From: an uncultured Coprococcus sp.
GTDB lineage: Bacteria; Bacillota; Clostridia; Lachnospirales; Lachnospiraceae
DNA: 57,055 bases
NCBI GenBank assembly: GCA_964646135.1
Contig: CAZYCT010000001.1
Coordinates: 1 to 57,055 of the forward strand
Direction of reading: 5' to 3'
The notes beneath the pieces are model-generated. The model was not told the DNA's origin, made no database searches, and was given only the letters and a program-made list of their open reading frames with translations. The translations under genes and the position numbers were made by a program. Below are positions 10,498-19,501 of the stretch, piece after piece (the stretch's first letter is position 1; each line of letters opens with the position of its first letter).

Positions 10498-11649
10498 ATG
10501 ACAAGCGAAGAACGCCGTGAAGCACGATACCGGCGCAGGAAAGCAAAACGTGAAGAGAGAAAAGTTGTAAGTTGTGCTGAGCATGATGATTTTGAACAGG
10601 TGTTTTCATATGCGCATTTATACCAATCCTATCGAATCTGTCGAAAAGGAGTGGCATGGAAGGCAAGTGTGCAGAAGTATATCACGCAAGCACCACTTAA
10701 CGTTATGCAGACACACAGAAATTTACACAATGGGACTTTTAAGACCGGCGGTTTCTTTGAATTTGATCTCATGGAACGTGGAAAGAAAAGACATATCAGA
10801 AGTGTAAAAGTTGGAGAAAGAGTAGTTCAAAGGTGCCTATGTGACAATGCATTAGTTCCTGTTTTGAAACGTACCTTCATCTACGATAACGGTGCCTGCA
10901 TGAGGAATAAGGGCTACACATTCACTGTTCGGAGATTGTGCCAGCATTTAAGAGAGCATTATCGGAAACATGGGAATCAAGGCTATATTCTGTTGTTTGA
11001 TTTTAGAAGATTCTACGATAACATTTCACATAAATTACTTCGTAGGATTCTCAATAAGGAATTTACAGATGAACGGATCATACAGCTGACGAACCATTTT
11101 ATCAATGCTTTCGGCGAGATCGGTCTGGGGCTTGGTAGTCAAGTCAGCCAGATTCTTGCATTGGCATCTGCAAACAAAATTGACCATTTTATCAAGGAAA
11201 AACTCCATATCCGGGGATACGCCAGATACAACGATGATGGGTATTTGATACACCCGGATAAAAGCTATCTGAAGAAATGCTTAGACAGCATAAAGTGGCT
11301 CTGTGATGAATTGGAAATCAAATTGAATGAAAAGAAAACACAGATTGTAAAGTTGTCACATGGATTTACTTTTTTAAAGATCCGTTTCTTTCTTACGAAA
11401 ACAGGGAAGGTTATCAGGAAAATCCGGCGGAGAACTATTACAAAAATGCGTCATAAATTGAAATCATTAAAAGTTTTGCAAGAACAGGGTGCGATCGAAT
11501 ATGCGGACATATACGCCTGCTGGCAAAGCTGGAAATCATACGCTGAAAGTTTCAATGCGTATCATACAATAAAAAATATGGCAAAACTGTTTGATGAGCT
11601 ATTCATAAACTCATGGCTCAATGAACAGCGAAGTTATATCTTTGGGTAG
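10498..11649 (+). CDS. DGR reverse transcriptase
   Basis: RT motifs ERVVQR, LLFDFRRFYDNI, GLGLGSQVSQ (DGR-type SQ), YARYNDD, FTFLK; AAAGGA RBS before ATG 10498. Confidence 0.95.
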   Translation: MTSEERREARYRRRKAKREERKVVSCAEHDDFEQVFSYAHLYQSYRICRKGVAWKASVQKYITQAPLNVMQTHRNLHNGTFKTGGFFEFDLMERGKKRHIRSVKVGERVVQRCLCDNALVPVLKRTFIYDNGACMRNKGYTFTVRRLCQHLREHYRKHGNQGYILLFDFRRFYDNISHKLLRRILNKEFTDERIIQLTNHFINAFGEIGLGLGSQVSQILALASANKIDHFIKEKLHIRGYARYNDDGYLIHPDKSYLKKCLDSIKWLCDELEIKLNEKKTQIVKLSHGFTFLKIRFFLTKTGKVIRKIRRRTITKMRHKLKSLKVLQEQGAIEYADIYACWQSWKSYAESFNAYHTIKNMAKLFDELFINSWLNEQRSYIFG

Positions 11650-11683
11650 AAGCTCGCAGTATTTCATGCTGTGGGCTTTTATT
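11650..11683 (+). terminator. Rho-independent terminator after RT
   Basis: Stem AAGCTCGCAGTA / TGCTGTGGGCTT (with G-U pairs) followed by a T-rich tail. Confidence 0.6.
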
Positions 11684-11777
11684 ATGTACAAAAATAGGAG
11701 AGGAGGACTGCTATGGGAAAGACATAGATAAAATCACACAGCACTTACTAATCAATTTTTATATACGGAAGGAGACC

Positions 11778-12218
11778 ATGATTATGAAATCAGGCATTTG
11801 TACAGCAACGGGCGTTATTGGCGGATTCGTTGCTTCTTTATTTGGCGGCTGGAGTGCAGCATTAACAACTCTTGTGATTTTTATGGGGATCGATTATTTT
11901 TCCGGGCTGCTTGTAGCGGGGGTGTTCCATAACAGTAAAAAAACTGAATCAGGGGCACTGGAAAGCAAGGCAGGGTGGAAGGGCTTGTGTCGTAAAGGCA
12001 TGACTCTTTTAATCGTATTGATCGGATACAGACTGGATCTGGCGATCGGCGTGAATTACATTAAGGACGCAGTGACGATTGCTTTTATTGCGAATGAGAC
12101 AATTAGTATTGTGGAAAACGCAGGATTGATGGGTGTTCCAATGCCGGAGATTCTCACAAAAGCGATTGACGTACTTAATTCCAAGTCTAAAGCAAATAAC
12201 GATAGTACAGTGGAATAA
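11778..12218 (+). CDS. Phage holin (toxin secretion/phage lysis family)
   Basis: Hydrophobic helices; LESKAGWKGLCRK and ANETISIVENAGLMGVP motifs; upstream of endolysin. Confidence 0.92.
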   Translation: MIMKSGICTATGVIGGFVASLFGGWSAALTTLVIFMGIDYFSGLLVAGVFHNSKKTESGALESKAGWKGLCRKGMTLLIVLIGYRLDLAIGVNYIKDAVTIAFIANETISIVENAGLMGVPMPEILTKAIDVLNSKSKANNDSTVE

Positions 12219-12271
12219 GCTGCATGGGGACAGGCCATAAACCTGTCCTCTTTTTACAAGGAGGTACAGAG

Positions 12272-14047
12272 ATGAAAAAAGAGAACATTGAAGTATTGAG
12301 AAAAATTCTATATGCAGTCGAGTCTGGCGGTCAGGTGTACGGTGAGCAGAACTACGCTGCTTTTGCGGGTGTTGGGGCAAACACTACAAATGAAAAAGCG
12401 ATTACCATTGGCGCAGGACAGTGGTATGCAAATGAAGCGAAAAAACTTTTGCAGAAAATCAAAGAAAAATACTTAGATACTTTTGAAAAATATGATACGG
12501 CAGGGATTGCAGCGGATCTGGAAAAAAGCTGGAGCAACTATGGATGTACAAAAACATCTAAGAAGGGGAAAGCGATTGTAGCCATTATTTCTTCCAATGC
12601 AGGTATTAAGTGTCAGGATGAGTTGATGGAAGAACAAATTCAATTATATGAAAAAAGCATAACTGCTACTTATGGAGATATGCCAGATGATGCAATGATG
12701 GAGTGCATCAATATCATCCATCAGGGTGGATCGAGTGCATTAAAGCGGATTCTGGGAAAGACAGCTACACCGCTGTCTGCAAAAAACATCTATGCAGCAC
12801 TCTGTACGGATCCTGCTGATAAATCATCTGATAATCAAGTAGGTGATTATGTAACAAGACAGAAGAAGGTGTATGGATTTATCACAAAATACGTAGCAGC
12901 GGACGAGAATGTTAAGGGGGATAAGACCGTGACAGAATTAGAACTTAGACAGAGCGTAGCAAATTGGCTTGCAGCTTATCAGGGGATTTCAGAAGGCAGC
13001 GCAAAGCACCAAGAGATTCTTGACATCTATAACAACAGTAAATTATGCACAAGACATAAAATGACGGTGGCATATCCATGGTGTGCAACCGCTGTATCCG
13101 CTGCTTTTATTGCAAAGGGCCTTGCAGGAAAAACAGGTTCAGGAACTGTATTTGAATGTGTAGAATGTTCCTGCAATGAAATGATCAATCTTGCGAAAAA
13201 GCAGGGAACATGGGTAGAGAACGATGCTTACAAGCCTGCTGTGGGCGATGTGGTGCTGTATGACTGGCAGGACAGTGGAAAAGGCGATAACACCGGAGTA
13301 CCAGATCATGTTGGTATTGTTTATTCGGTGAGCGGTAACAGCTTCAGAGTGGTAGAAGGTAATATCAGTAATACAGTGGGCTTTAGAAAAATGGCAGTAA
13401 ATGGTACATATATCCGTGGATATATCGTACCGAAATATGCTAAAAAAGCATCAGGTAACTCCACAAACCAGACGAGTGCAGCATCCGGTTCCAGCACATC
13501 ATTGAATAAAACGGAAAAATGGTCGGGCAAGGTAAACGCAGATGGTGTGAACGTAAGAAAATGGGCTGGTACAGAAAACGCAACTTGTTCCTTCAGTCCG
13601 CTTAATACCGGTGCCGCAATCAGTGTGTGTGATAGTGTAAAAGCATCAGACGGAAGTACATGGTACTACATCAAATATGATGGTAAATATGGATTCATGC
13701 ATTCTGATTATGTGTCAAAAAATGCTGCTGCGAGTCAGCCTAATACCAGTGCCCCAGCCACTGTGCAGTCTAAAACGGCAAGTGAAGCAGCGCATAGTAA
13801 AGATAATGGTCTTGCAGGAACATATAAAACAACAGCTGCATTGAATATCAGAAATGGTGCAGGAACAGCTAAAAACAAATTTGGTTCAGACAAAACTGTA
13901 TTAGTAACAGCTCCAGCCGGAACGAAAGTGCAGTGTTATGGATACTTTACTACGGTTGATGCAGTCCGGTGGCTGTATGTGCAGTTCACATATAATGGTG
14001 TAAAATACACCGGCTTCGCATCAAGCAAGTATTTAAACAGACAGTAA
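12272..14047 (+). CDS. Endolysin: N-terminal lysozyme-like domain, CHAP domain, two SH3b domains
   Basis: CHAP motifs PWCAT, DHVGIV, VVEGN; SH3b-like VNVRKWAG..WYYI..GFMHSDY and LNIRNGAG..WLYV..GFASSKYL; RBS AGGAGG before ATG 12272. Confidence 0.9.
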   Translation: MKKENIEVLRKILYAVESGGQVYGEQNYAAFAGVGANTTNEKAITIGAGQWYANEAKKLLQKIKEKYLDTFEKYDTAGIAADLEKSWSNYGCTKTSKKGKAIVAIISSNAGIKCQDELMEEQIQLYEKSITATYGDMPDDAMMECINIIHQGGSSALKRILGKTATPLSAKNIYAALCTDPADKSSDNQVGDYVTRQKKVYGFITKYVAADENVKGDKTVTELELRQSVANWLAAYQGISEGSAKHQEILDIYNNSKLCTRHKMTVAYPWCATAVSAAFIAKGLAGKTGSGTVFECVECSCNEMINLAKKQGTWVENDAYKPAVGDVVLYDWQDSGKGDNTGVPDHVGIVYSVSGNSFRVVEGNISNTVGFRKMAVNGTYIRGYIVPKYAKKASGNSTNQTSAASGSSTSLNKTEKWSGKVNADGVNVRKWAGTENATCSFSPLNTGAAISVCDSVKASDGSTWYYIKYDGKYGFMHSDYVSKNAAASQPNTSAPATVQSKTASEAAHSKDNGLAGTYKTTAALNIRNGAGTAKNKFGSDKTVLVTAPAGTKVQCYGYFTTVDAVRWLYVQFTYNGVKYTGFASSKYLNRQ

Positions 14048-14069
14048 AAAATATTTTACTGCAAAATAT

Positions 14070-14111
14070 CCCTCTCTGAGAGCATACCGCTCTCGGAGAG
14101 GGCTTTTTTTT
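14070..14111 (+). terminator. Terminator ending the late/lysis transcript
   Basis: CCCTCTCTGAGAGC-atacc-GCTCTCGGAGAGGG followed by a T8 run. Confidence 0.85.
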
Positions 14112-14125
14112 GTAGAATTTGAAGG

Positions 14126-14381
14126 GTTACATTGGGGTTACAAACTGCGAAATTCAATGTAATCGAATGTAACTTTGTAACTTCAAAAATTACATTGATT
14201 ACATTGAATTACAAAATATGTAACAGCTGAAATCATTATAAATACTGATGTTTTCAATATAAGTTACATAATTACATTATTTTTCTATTGAATATATGTA
14301 GATAGAATTTAGAGAATATATAAACTCTTTAAATTCTATATTTCTGCCTAATTCGAATAAGTCTATACGCGCGCACGCGAA
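14126..14381 (+). repeat. Dispersed AT-rich iteron/hairpin element, copy 1
   Basis: Shares identical 34-nt and 26-nt blocks with 36771-37048 and 44252-44516; about 11 TTACA/TGTAA motifs. Confidence 0.92.
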
Positions 14382-14406
14382 ACGTAATCGGCATCTATAA
14401 AATGAC

Positions 14407-14483
14407 AGTAAAAAATATTTAACTAAAGTATTGACAAGTTAAAATAATTTTGCTATCATGCAATTAGTCAAATAAATTTAACT
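14407..14483 (+). promoter_or_regulatory. Sigma-A promoter with three 18-bp operators
   Basis: TTGACA (14431)-17 bp-TATCAT (14454); AGT-N12-(A/G)CT boxes at 14407, 14437 and 14466. Confidence 0.85.
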
Positions 14484-14499
14484 AAAGGGGGATGAAAAA

Positions 14500-14937
14500 A
14501 TGACACGACATATTACAGTAAATACCGTAGAACAGGCGTGGCGCAAGGTGAGCGAATTGTTTCCAACAGATTTTCAAAAGGATGAGAGCTGTTCAATCAA
14601 TGCAGGATACCCAATATACAGAAGTACAGCAGCCGGTCATGATGAATTTATCTGTGATTTGAACGCACGACTTGAAATAAATCTGAGTGCCACAGACACA
14701 ATCAATGTTTGGATAAAAGAGGATGATAGCATGGAAGTCATGAAAAACACTAGAGCACTTCACAAGGAATTAGCAAGGATAATGAGCAAAGAGACTTTAA
14801 GAGGAATGTGTAATGATCTTTTTGAGAAAAGCTCAAAAATCAGACCATCAGTAGATGAAGAAAGATTCAAAAAGTGGTGTATAATCTGGGCCATTTACGA
14901 TAATGAATGGTGCAACAGGTATGATGAAGAGTATTAA
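14500..14937 (+). CDS. Hypothetical protein, first gene of the early accessory operon
   Basis: AAAGGGGG RBS; 145-aa ORF. Confidence 0.75.
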   Translation: MTRHITVNTVEQAWRKVSELFPTDFQKDESCSINAGYPIYRSTAAGHDEFICDLNARLEINLSATDTINVWIKEDDSMEVMKNTRALHKELARIMSKETLRGMCNDLFEKSSKIRPSVDEERFKKWCIIWAIYDNEWCNRYDEEY

Positions 14938-14952
14938 GGGAGAGGGCAGCAT

Positions 14953-15144
14953 ATGAACCGACGCAGATATAAAGCTAAATTGAGAGAACAAAAAAGACTT
15001 GGAATACTAAGTCTTATAATGGCAATCATTTGTTTGGTGATTGCTATAAAAATACCTGACACGGACGGGACGGGAGACGCATTTCTGCTTTTTCTCATAA
15101 TGGGATTGGGGTGTCTGTTTTCAAAGAAGATCATCATCTATTAA
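14953..15144 (+). CDS. Small two-TM membrane protein
   Basis: Basic N-terminus and two hydrophobic segments. Confidence 0.7.
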   Translation: MNRRRYKAKLREQKRLGILSLIMAIICLVIAIKIPDTDGTGDAFLLFLIMGLGCLFSKKIIIY

Positions 15145-15159
15145 AGGGAGGAAAACAAA

Positions 15160-15561
15160 ATGAGCATGAAAGATATTTATTGTGCAGCTGCTTTTAGAGT
15201 GTTACAAGGATGGTGTACAGCAATGCCGCAGAGTGTTGTAGAGGGAACCTTAAAGGAATTTAAGGATATGGGAGGCATTGACCTGCCAGATAGTCCAAGA
15301 GACATCATAGAAAAAGCTCTTGCTCATTGTGGGAAAGATGCAAAAATCACTCATGCTATTGTCAATACAGTTGGTATTGATCAGGATATTCAGATTTCTT
15401 TTGTAATCAGCACACCGGAGTATCCAATCGACAGTGATAAAGCATTACTGGATGAAAATGGGGTTCTTGCCTATGTGTATAATGTGTCAGCTCCGTGGTG
15501 CAGCGAACTTGGTATAATCGGTTTCCATCGAAAAGGTAAACATATTCACAGGATTTGGTGA
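15160..15561 (+). CDS. Hypothetical protein
   Basis: GGGAGG RBS; 133-aa ORF. Confidence 0.75.
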   Translation: MSMKDIYCAAAFRVLQGWCTAMPQSVVEGTLKEFKDMGGIDLPDSPRDIIEKALAHCGKDAKITHAIVNTVGIDQDIQISFVISTPEYPIDSDKALLDENGVLAYVYNVSAPWCSELGIIGFHRKGKHIHRIW

Positions 15562-15578
15562 GAGGAGGTGAGAGACGA

Positions 15579-15962
15579 GTGAAGCTACACAAATATTACA
15601 GCATCCTGCGCCCGGTCATGCCGGGCAGCTATCCGAACCATGATGTTGTTCAGGTTGTTAATTTCGATGATAAAATGTACTGTGAGGATATAGGAGAAAA
15701 CGCATGGGGGTACATTCTTTTCCGAGTACCACTGTCAGAAAAAGAAGTGGATGCGTATGAACTTGTTTCAGCAGAACAGAAGAAATATTATGCAGTTACA
15801 TCTGCAGTCTATGATGGTGGCAGAGTAACTATGAAGATTACAGATTCTGTTCATGCGGTGAAAAAGCCTGAAAACACATCAAAATCATTGGCAAGAAAAG
15901 ATATCTACGTAGATTGGTTTGAAAGCAAGGAAGACGCTGAGGATTTTATAAAAGAGAACTGA
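15579..15962 (+). CDS. Protein with DarA C-terminal-like (defence-against-restriction / polyvalent protein) domain
   Basis: YYSILRPVMPGSYP...NFD...AWGYI...PLSEKEVDAYEL pattern recalled from the DarA_C family; GGAGG RBS before GTG 15579. Confidence 0.55.
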   Translation: MKLHKYYSILRPVMPGSYPNHDVVQVVNFDDKMYCEDIGENAWGYILFRVPLSEKEVDAYELVSAEQKKYYAVTSAVYDGGRVTMKITDSVHAVKKPENTSKSLARKDIYVDWFESKEDAEDFIKEN

Positions 15963-16041
15963 ATGGTGTCTACAGCTCTCAGAAAGAGGTTATCAATAGT
16001 GTGTTAATACCACTCTGTAATTATGCATACAAGGAGGTTAA

Positions 16042-16542
16042 GTGATGATTGTAAGAATGATAGGAGACTTGTTGGAGCTGGATGCTGACATAATTTGTCA
16101 TCAGACAAATTATCAAGGTGTTATGGGTGCCGGTATCGCTTATTCAATTCGAGAAAGATTGTTGTCGGAAAAACATATCCGTGAATATGAGCGATACTGT
16201 GCAGAAAATCAAGAAAAGGCACTAGGAACTGTACAGTATCTGGAATACAAGCCGGGGAAATTTGTAGCGAACTGTTTCAGTCAGGGAACGGTTTCAAAGA
16301 TGAACGCTGGAGTTACAAATTATGCTGCGTTGAAAAAATGCTTGATGGGAGTCCAGAAATATGCTGCAAGGAACGGGTGTTCTGTTGCCTTACCATGCAA
16401 AATGGGTTGCGGTCTGGCCGGTGGAAATTGGGAACTTGTTCAGGACATCATTGAACGCATATTTGTGGATATAGACTGTTTGATCGTATATCAGCCACAT
16501 GATGCAGAACTGAGAAAAGCTGATATTGAGAGGAGGTACTGA
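16042..16542 (+). CDS. Macrodomain protein (Poa1p/DarG-like ADP-ribose hydrolase)
   Basis: GDLL..ADIICHQTN..GVMGAGIA and ALPCKMGCGLAGGNW motifs. Confidence 0.88.
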   Translation: MMIVRMIGDLLELDADIICHQTNYQGVMGAGIAYSIRERLLSEKHIREYERYCAENQEKALGTVQYLEYKPGKFVANCFSQGTVSKMNAGVTNYAALKKCLMGVQKYAARNGCSVALPCKMGCGLAGGNWELVQDIIERIFVDIDCLIVYQPHDAELRKADIERRY

Positions 16543-17024
16543 TGAACATACATGGAGTAGAGTTTGATTCGATGCTGAACGGCGATGGGCTACGTGCTGT
16601 AGTGTGGGTGGCCGGTTGCTCGCATAAATGCGGTGGGTGTCAGAATCCGCAGACATGGGATCCGCAAAGCGGAAGAAAACTTACGGAACAGGATATTGCA
16701 GATTTATTGGCATATTTGGAAAAAGATTATGTATCTGGCACTACTTTCTCAGGAGGCGATCCGCTGTATCCTGATAACAGAGAAACTGTAGAGAAACTTT
16801 GCAAGTTAGTAAAAGAGAGAGTCCCACAAAAGACCATATGGGTATATACAGGGTTCTTGTATGAACAGGTTGCAGAACTTCCGCTAATGCAGTATGTAGA
16901 TGTTCTAGTGGACGGGCCATTTGTGAAAAAACTGGCCGATGTAAAATATCCGTGGGCGGGCAGTACAAATCAGAGAGTGATTCATTTGAAAAAAGGAGGA
17001 TTAGAGAATGAAAGTAATATTTGA
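16542..17024 (+). CDS. nrdG: Anaerobic ribonucleotide reductase activating radical-SAM enzyme
   Basis: NGDGLRAVVWVAGC, CxxxCxxC (CSHKCGGC), SGGDP, DVLVDGPF, GSTNQRVI. Confidence 0.9.
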   Translation: MNIHGVEFDSMLNGDGLRAVVWVAGCSHKCGGCQNPQTWDPQSGRKLTEQDIADLLAYLEKDYVSGTTFSGGDPLYPDNRETVEKLCKLVKERVPQKTIWVYTGFLYEQVAELPLMQYVDVLVDGPFVKKLADVKYPWAGSTNQRVIHLKKGGLENESNI

Positions 17025-17187
17025 AATGGAAAAGGCAACAAAGAATACGATTAAATTTGCAGAGATGTTAGAGAACAATCTGGACGCGCCAAAAGTAGGC
17101 ACATTGTACGTTCCGAAGTCCACACTTGGCGCACTTGGATGGTCTGAGGGTAAGAAAATCAGTGTGGACTTGCAGGTGACGGAGTAA
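17008..17187 (+). CDS. Small hypothetical protein (59 aa, absent from the ORF track)
   Basis: AGGAGG RBS; reads MKVIFEMEKATKNTIKFAE...GTLYVPKSTLG...QVTE*. Confidence 0.7.
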   Translation: MKVIFEMEKATKNTIKFAEMLENNLDAPKVGTLYVPKSTLGALGWSEGKKISVDLQVTE

Positions 17188-17207
17188 TAGTTACACATGG
17201 AAGTTTT

Positions 17208-17243
17208 AAAGCTGGAGCGGTTTTTTCACTCCAGCTTTTTTTT
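17208..17243. terminator. Terminator between the early operon and the convergent integrase
   Basis: AAAGCTGGAG...CTCCAGCTTT stem followed by a T run. Confidence 0.75.
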
Positions 17244-18834
17244 ACAATTTGGTATCGACTGAAATTACGTTCAGGATCCATGAATATTTTCGTCTGTTAT
17301 CACTATCCCTGAGCGAAGCTCGCAGCAGGCGAAAATTTCCCCCGCTGCGTTCTGCGGCTTTTATGTCATTTAGAGTGACGGTTCTTGTGTCTCCACCAAA
17401 ATTGAAATTGATCTTTAAATCCCCATTGTCATAAAGATAAATACTGTTGATAAATATATCAATCAACCGTTTCTGACATTCCCTGTCACTTAGATCAGCA
17501 TCCCGGAACTGCTCAATGAAAAACTGAATATGGTCTCTTGTAAGGTTCAGACTGTTTTGAATTTCAAAATCAGCAATGGCCTTTTTTAATGCTTCTTGCT
17601 GTGCTGTCAATTCTCCTATACGGGCCTTTATCGTATCATTGAATATTCCGGCTTCAATAGAGCGGACAAGATTGTTAATGCCATTTTGGGTGTCAGTAAG
17701 CTGTTTGCGCAGCACTTGGAGATGTTCTGTATTTTTATCTTGATCTTGATAATATTCCCATGTTTTATCAGTAATAAATGCAATCAGTTCATCATCATCC
17801 AGCATCTTCATTACTTCATTCAGCACAGCTTTTTCAAGACGTTCTTTTCTGACAGATTTCTTTTTGCATATCTTTCCGTGTTTTCGGTTGTTGACACAGC
17901 AGTAGTAATGATATCGTGCTTCAATACCTTTTGGTGGAGCAGAACTTGTGCCAATCATTGCAGCTCCGCAGTGACCGCAGAACACCTTCCCTGTAAGCAG
18001 ATAGTCCGCATACGTCCATTTATGTGATGGCATTCTACGGTTAATTTTCAACATTTCTTGTGCTTTATCAAATGTTTCTTTATCTATCAATGCTGGTATC
18101 GCATCCTCCACATATATTTCATCTTTGAATTGATATACTCCGATATATTTTTTGTTTTGCAAAACAGTTCGTATATGACCAAGTGTGTATGGCTTGCCTT
18201 TGGAGTTGTATATTCCGCCATTCTCCAATTCTTTTATGATTTCGGACATGGTTTTTCCAGCAACGTACAGATCAAATATTTTCTTGACTATAGGAGCTGT
18301 GTCGGGATTTATTTCAAAATCTCCATCAGTTGTTATCTGGTAGCCCAACGGAACATTACCACCCGTCCATTTACATTTCTTTGCTGTTTCATGCAATCCA
18401 CGTCTGACGTTTTGGGAAAGCTGCAAGCTGTAATACTCAGCCATACCCTCTAATACAGATTCAAGGATAACACCTTCTGGTGAGTCCGGGAGATTTTCTG
18501 CAACATACTCGACTGCTACACCGTGTTTTTTAGCCCGGTATTTGTTAAAAGTGATTTCTTCTCTGTTACGACCAAAACGGTCAACTTTCCAGACTATGAT
18601 TATCTGGAAATGTCCTTTCGCACAATCGGACAACATTTTCTGGAACTCATAACGGTTATCCGTCCGTCCAGAAATAGCGCGGTCAATGTATTCATGTACA
18701 ATCGTGTATCCTTTTGCGTCCGCATAAGTCTTTGCTGCCGCAAGTTGTCCTTCTATGGATTGTTCACCCTGATTATGAGAAGAGTATCGGGCGTATACTA
18801 CGGCCATTTTCCCAGTTGTTTCTTTCTTACTCAT
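17242..18834 (-). CDS. Large serine recombinase (integrase)
   Basis: YARYSS catalytic motif, VWKVDRFGRN, recombinase domain, Zn ribbon CGHCG...YYCC...C, coiled coil. Confidence 0.95.
   Translation of the reverse strand: MSKKETTGKMAVVYARYSSHNQGEQSIEGQLAAAKTYADAKGYTIVHEYIDRAISGRTDNRYEFQKMLSDCAKGHFQIIIVWKVDRFGRNREEITFNKYRAKKHGVAVEYVAENLPDSPEGVILESVLEGMAEYYSLQLSQNVRRGLHETAKKCKWTGGNVPLGYQITTDGDFEINPDTAPIVKKIFDLYVAGKTMSEIIKELENGGIYNSKGKPYTLGHIRTVLQNKKYIGVYQFKDEIYVEDAIPALIDKETFDKAQEMLKINRRMPSHKWTYADYLLTGKVFCGHCGAAMIGTSSAPPKGIEARYHYYCCVNNRKHGKICKKKSVRKERLEKAVLNEVMKMLDDDELIAFITDKTWEYYQDQDKNTEHLQVLRKQLTDTQNGINNLVRSIEAGIFNDTIKARIGELTAQQEALKKAIADFEIQNSLNLTRDHIQFFIEQFRDADLSDRECQKRLIDIFINSIYLYDNGDLKINFNFGGDTRTVTLNDIKAAERSGGNFRLLRASLRDSDNRRKYSWILNVISVDTKL
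17286..17336. other. Candidate attP inside the integrase 3' end
   Basis: Imperfect inverted repeat ATTTTCGTCTGTT / AGCAGGCGAAAAT (11/13) spanning 51 bp. Confidence 0.4.
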
Positions 18835-18886
18835 TGGTCTGATTCACCTCCAAAATCCACGTAAATAATATTCCCGTCTTTTCGGA

Positions 18887-19270
18887 TTATGCGAGACCTG
18901 CTTTTTTATACTTGTCATTCGCAAGCAGTCCGTCCATGTATGCCTCTACACGGATCCGGTCAACATCATCCAATTTTTGGATTGCATCGAATAGCGGATC
19001 ATTAGGGGGCGGCATGGATGGTGCTGCTGAGTGTGGGTGCGCTTTAGCTCCAACATCTGTTGGATCATCAGTACGACCCAGCAAATAATCAGCAGATACG
19101 TGCAGCGCGTCCGCAATTATAGCAACCATAGCTCCGTTAGGTGTGGTTCCCTTTTTACCCCATGTGGATATGGTTGCTCGCGTTGTGTTAAAAAGATCAG
19201 CCGTCTTTTGTCCACAAGGATCAATTCCCCGTTGTGCACATATTCTGGCGTATCTTTCATAGAAATTCAT
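18887..19270 (-). CDS. CI-like XRE-family repressor
   Basis: HTH (RATISTWGKK...IADALHVSADYLLGRTD); divergent from cro-like gene and upstream of integrase. Confidence 0.88.
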   Translation of the reverse strand: MNFYERYARICAQRGIDPCGQKTADLFNTTRATISTWGKKGTTPNGAMVAIIADALHVSADYLLGRTDDPTDVGAKAHPHSAAPSMPPPNDPLFDAIQKLDDVDRIRVEAYMDGLLANDKYKKAGLA

Positions 19271-19294
19271 GGCTTGTCCTCCAATTTTGAAAAT

Positions 19295-19485
19295 AGTTAA
19301 AAAATTTTACAAAAAGCCTTGACAAGTCAAAATTATTTAGCTATATTATGTGTAGACAGTTAAATAAAGTTGACTAGAGAAAAATCGGAAAATGATTTTT
19401 GAATAGGTTTTTTGTAGATGTCGCAATCACATTATACCTCTTTAGTTAAAAAAATTCAACTGTATTTAGTTAAAAAAATTTCACA
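19295..19485. promoter_or_regulatory. Lysis-lysogeny switch: rightward promoter and operators
   Basis: TTGACA (19319)-17 bp-TATATT (19342); 18-bp boxes at 19325, 19358, 19444 and degenerate ones at 19295, 19468. Confidence 0.85.
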
Positions 19486-19501
19486 GAAAAGGAGGTTACT
19501 T

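Larger units (their letters stand above)
9706..11649 (+). mobile_element. Diversity-generating retroelement cassette (avd-TR-RT) with two targets
   Basis: Complete cassette plus VR1 (8813-8928) and VR2 (25204-25309). Confidence 0.95.

Noticed and set aside
10498-11649. RT as a group II intron, retron or Abi RT
   Set aside because: Adjacent avd, TR/VR pairs with adenine-only mismatches and the SQ motif identify a DGR; no maturase or endonuclease extension seen
11696-11727. Strong RBS followed by ATG between RT and holin
   Set aside because: Only four codons (MGKT*); probably a gene remnant with no supportable product
14126-14381. TTACA/TGTAA repeats as a CRISPR array or MITE
   Set aside because: No constant repeat with unique spacers; no clear terminal inverted repeats, target-site duplications or transposase seen
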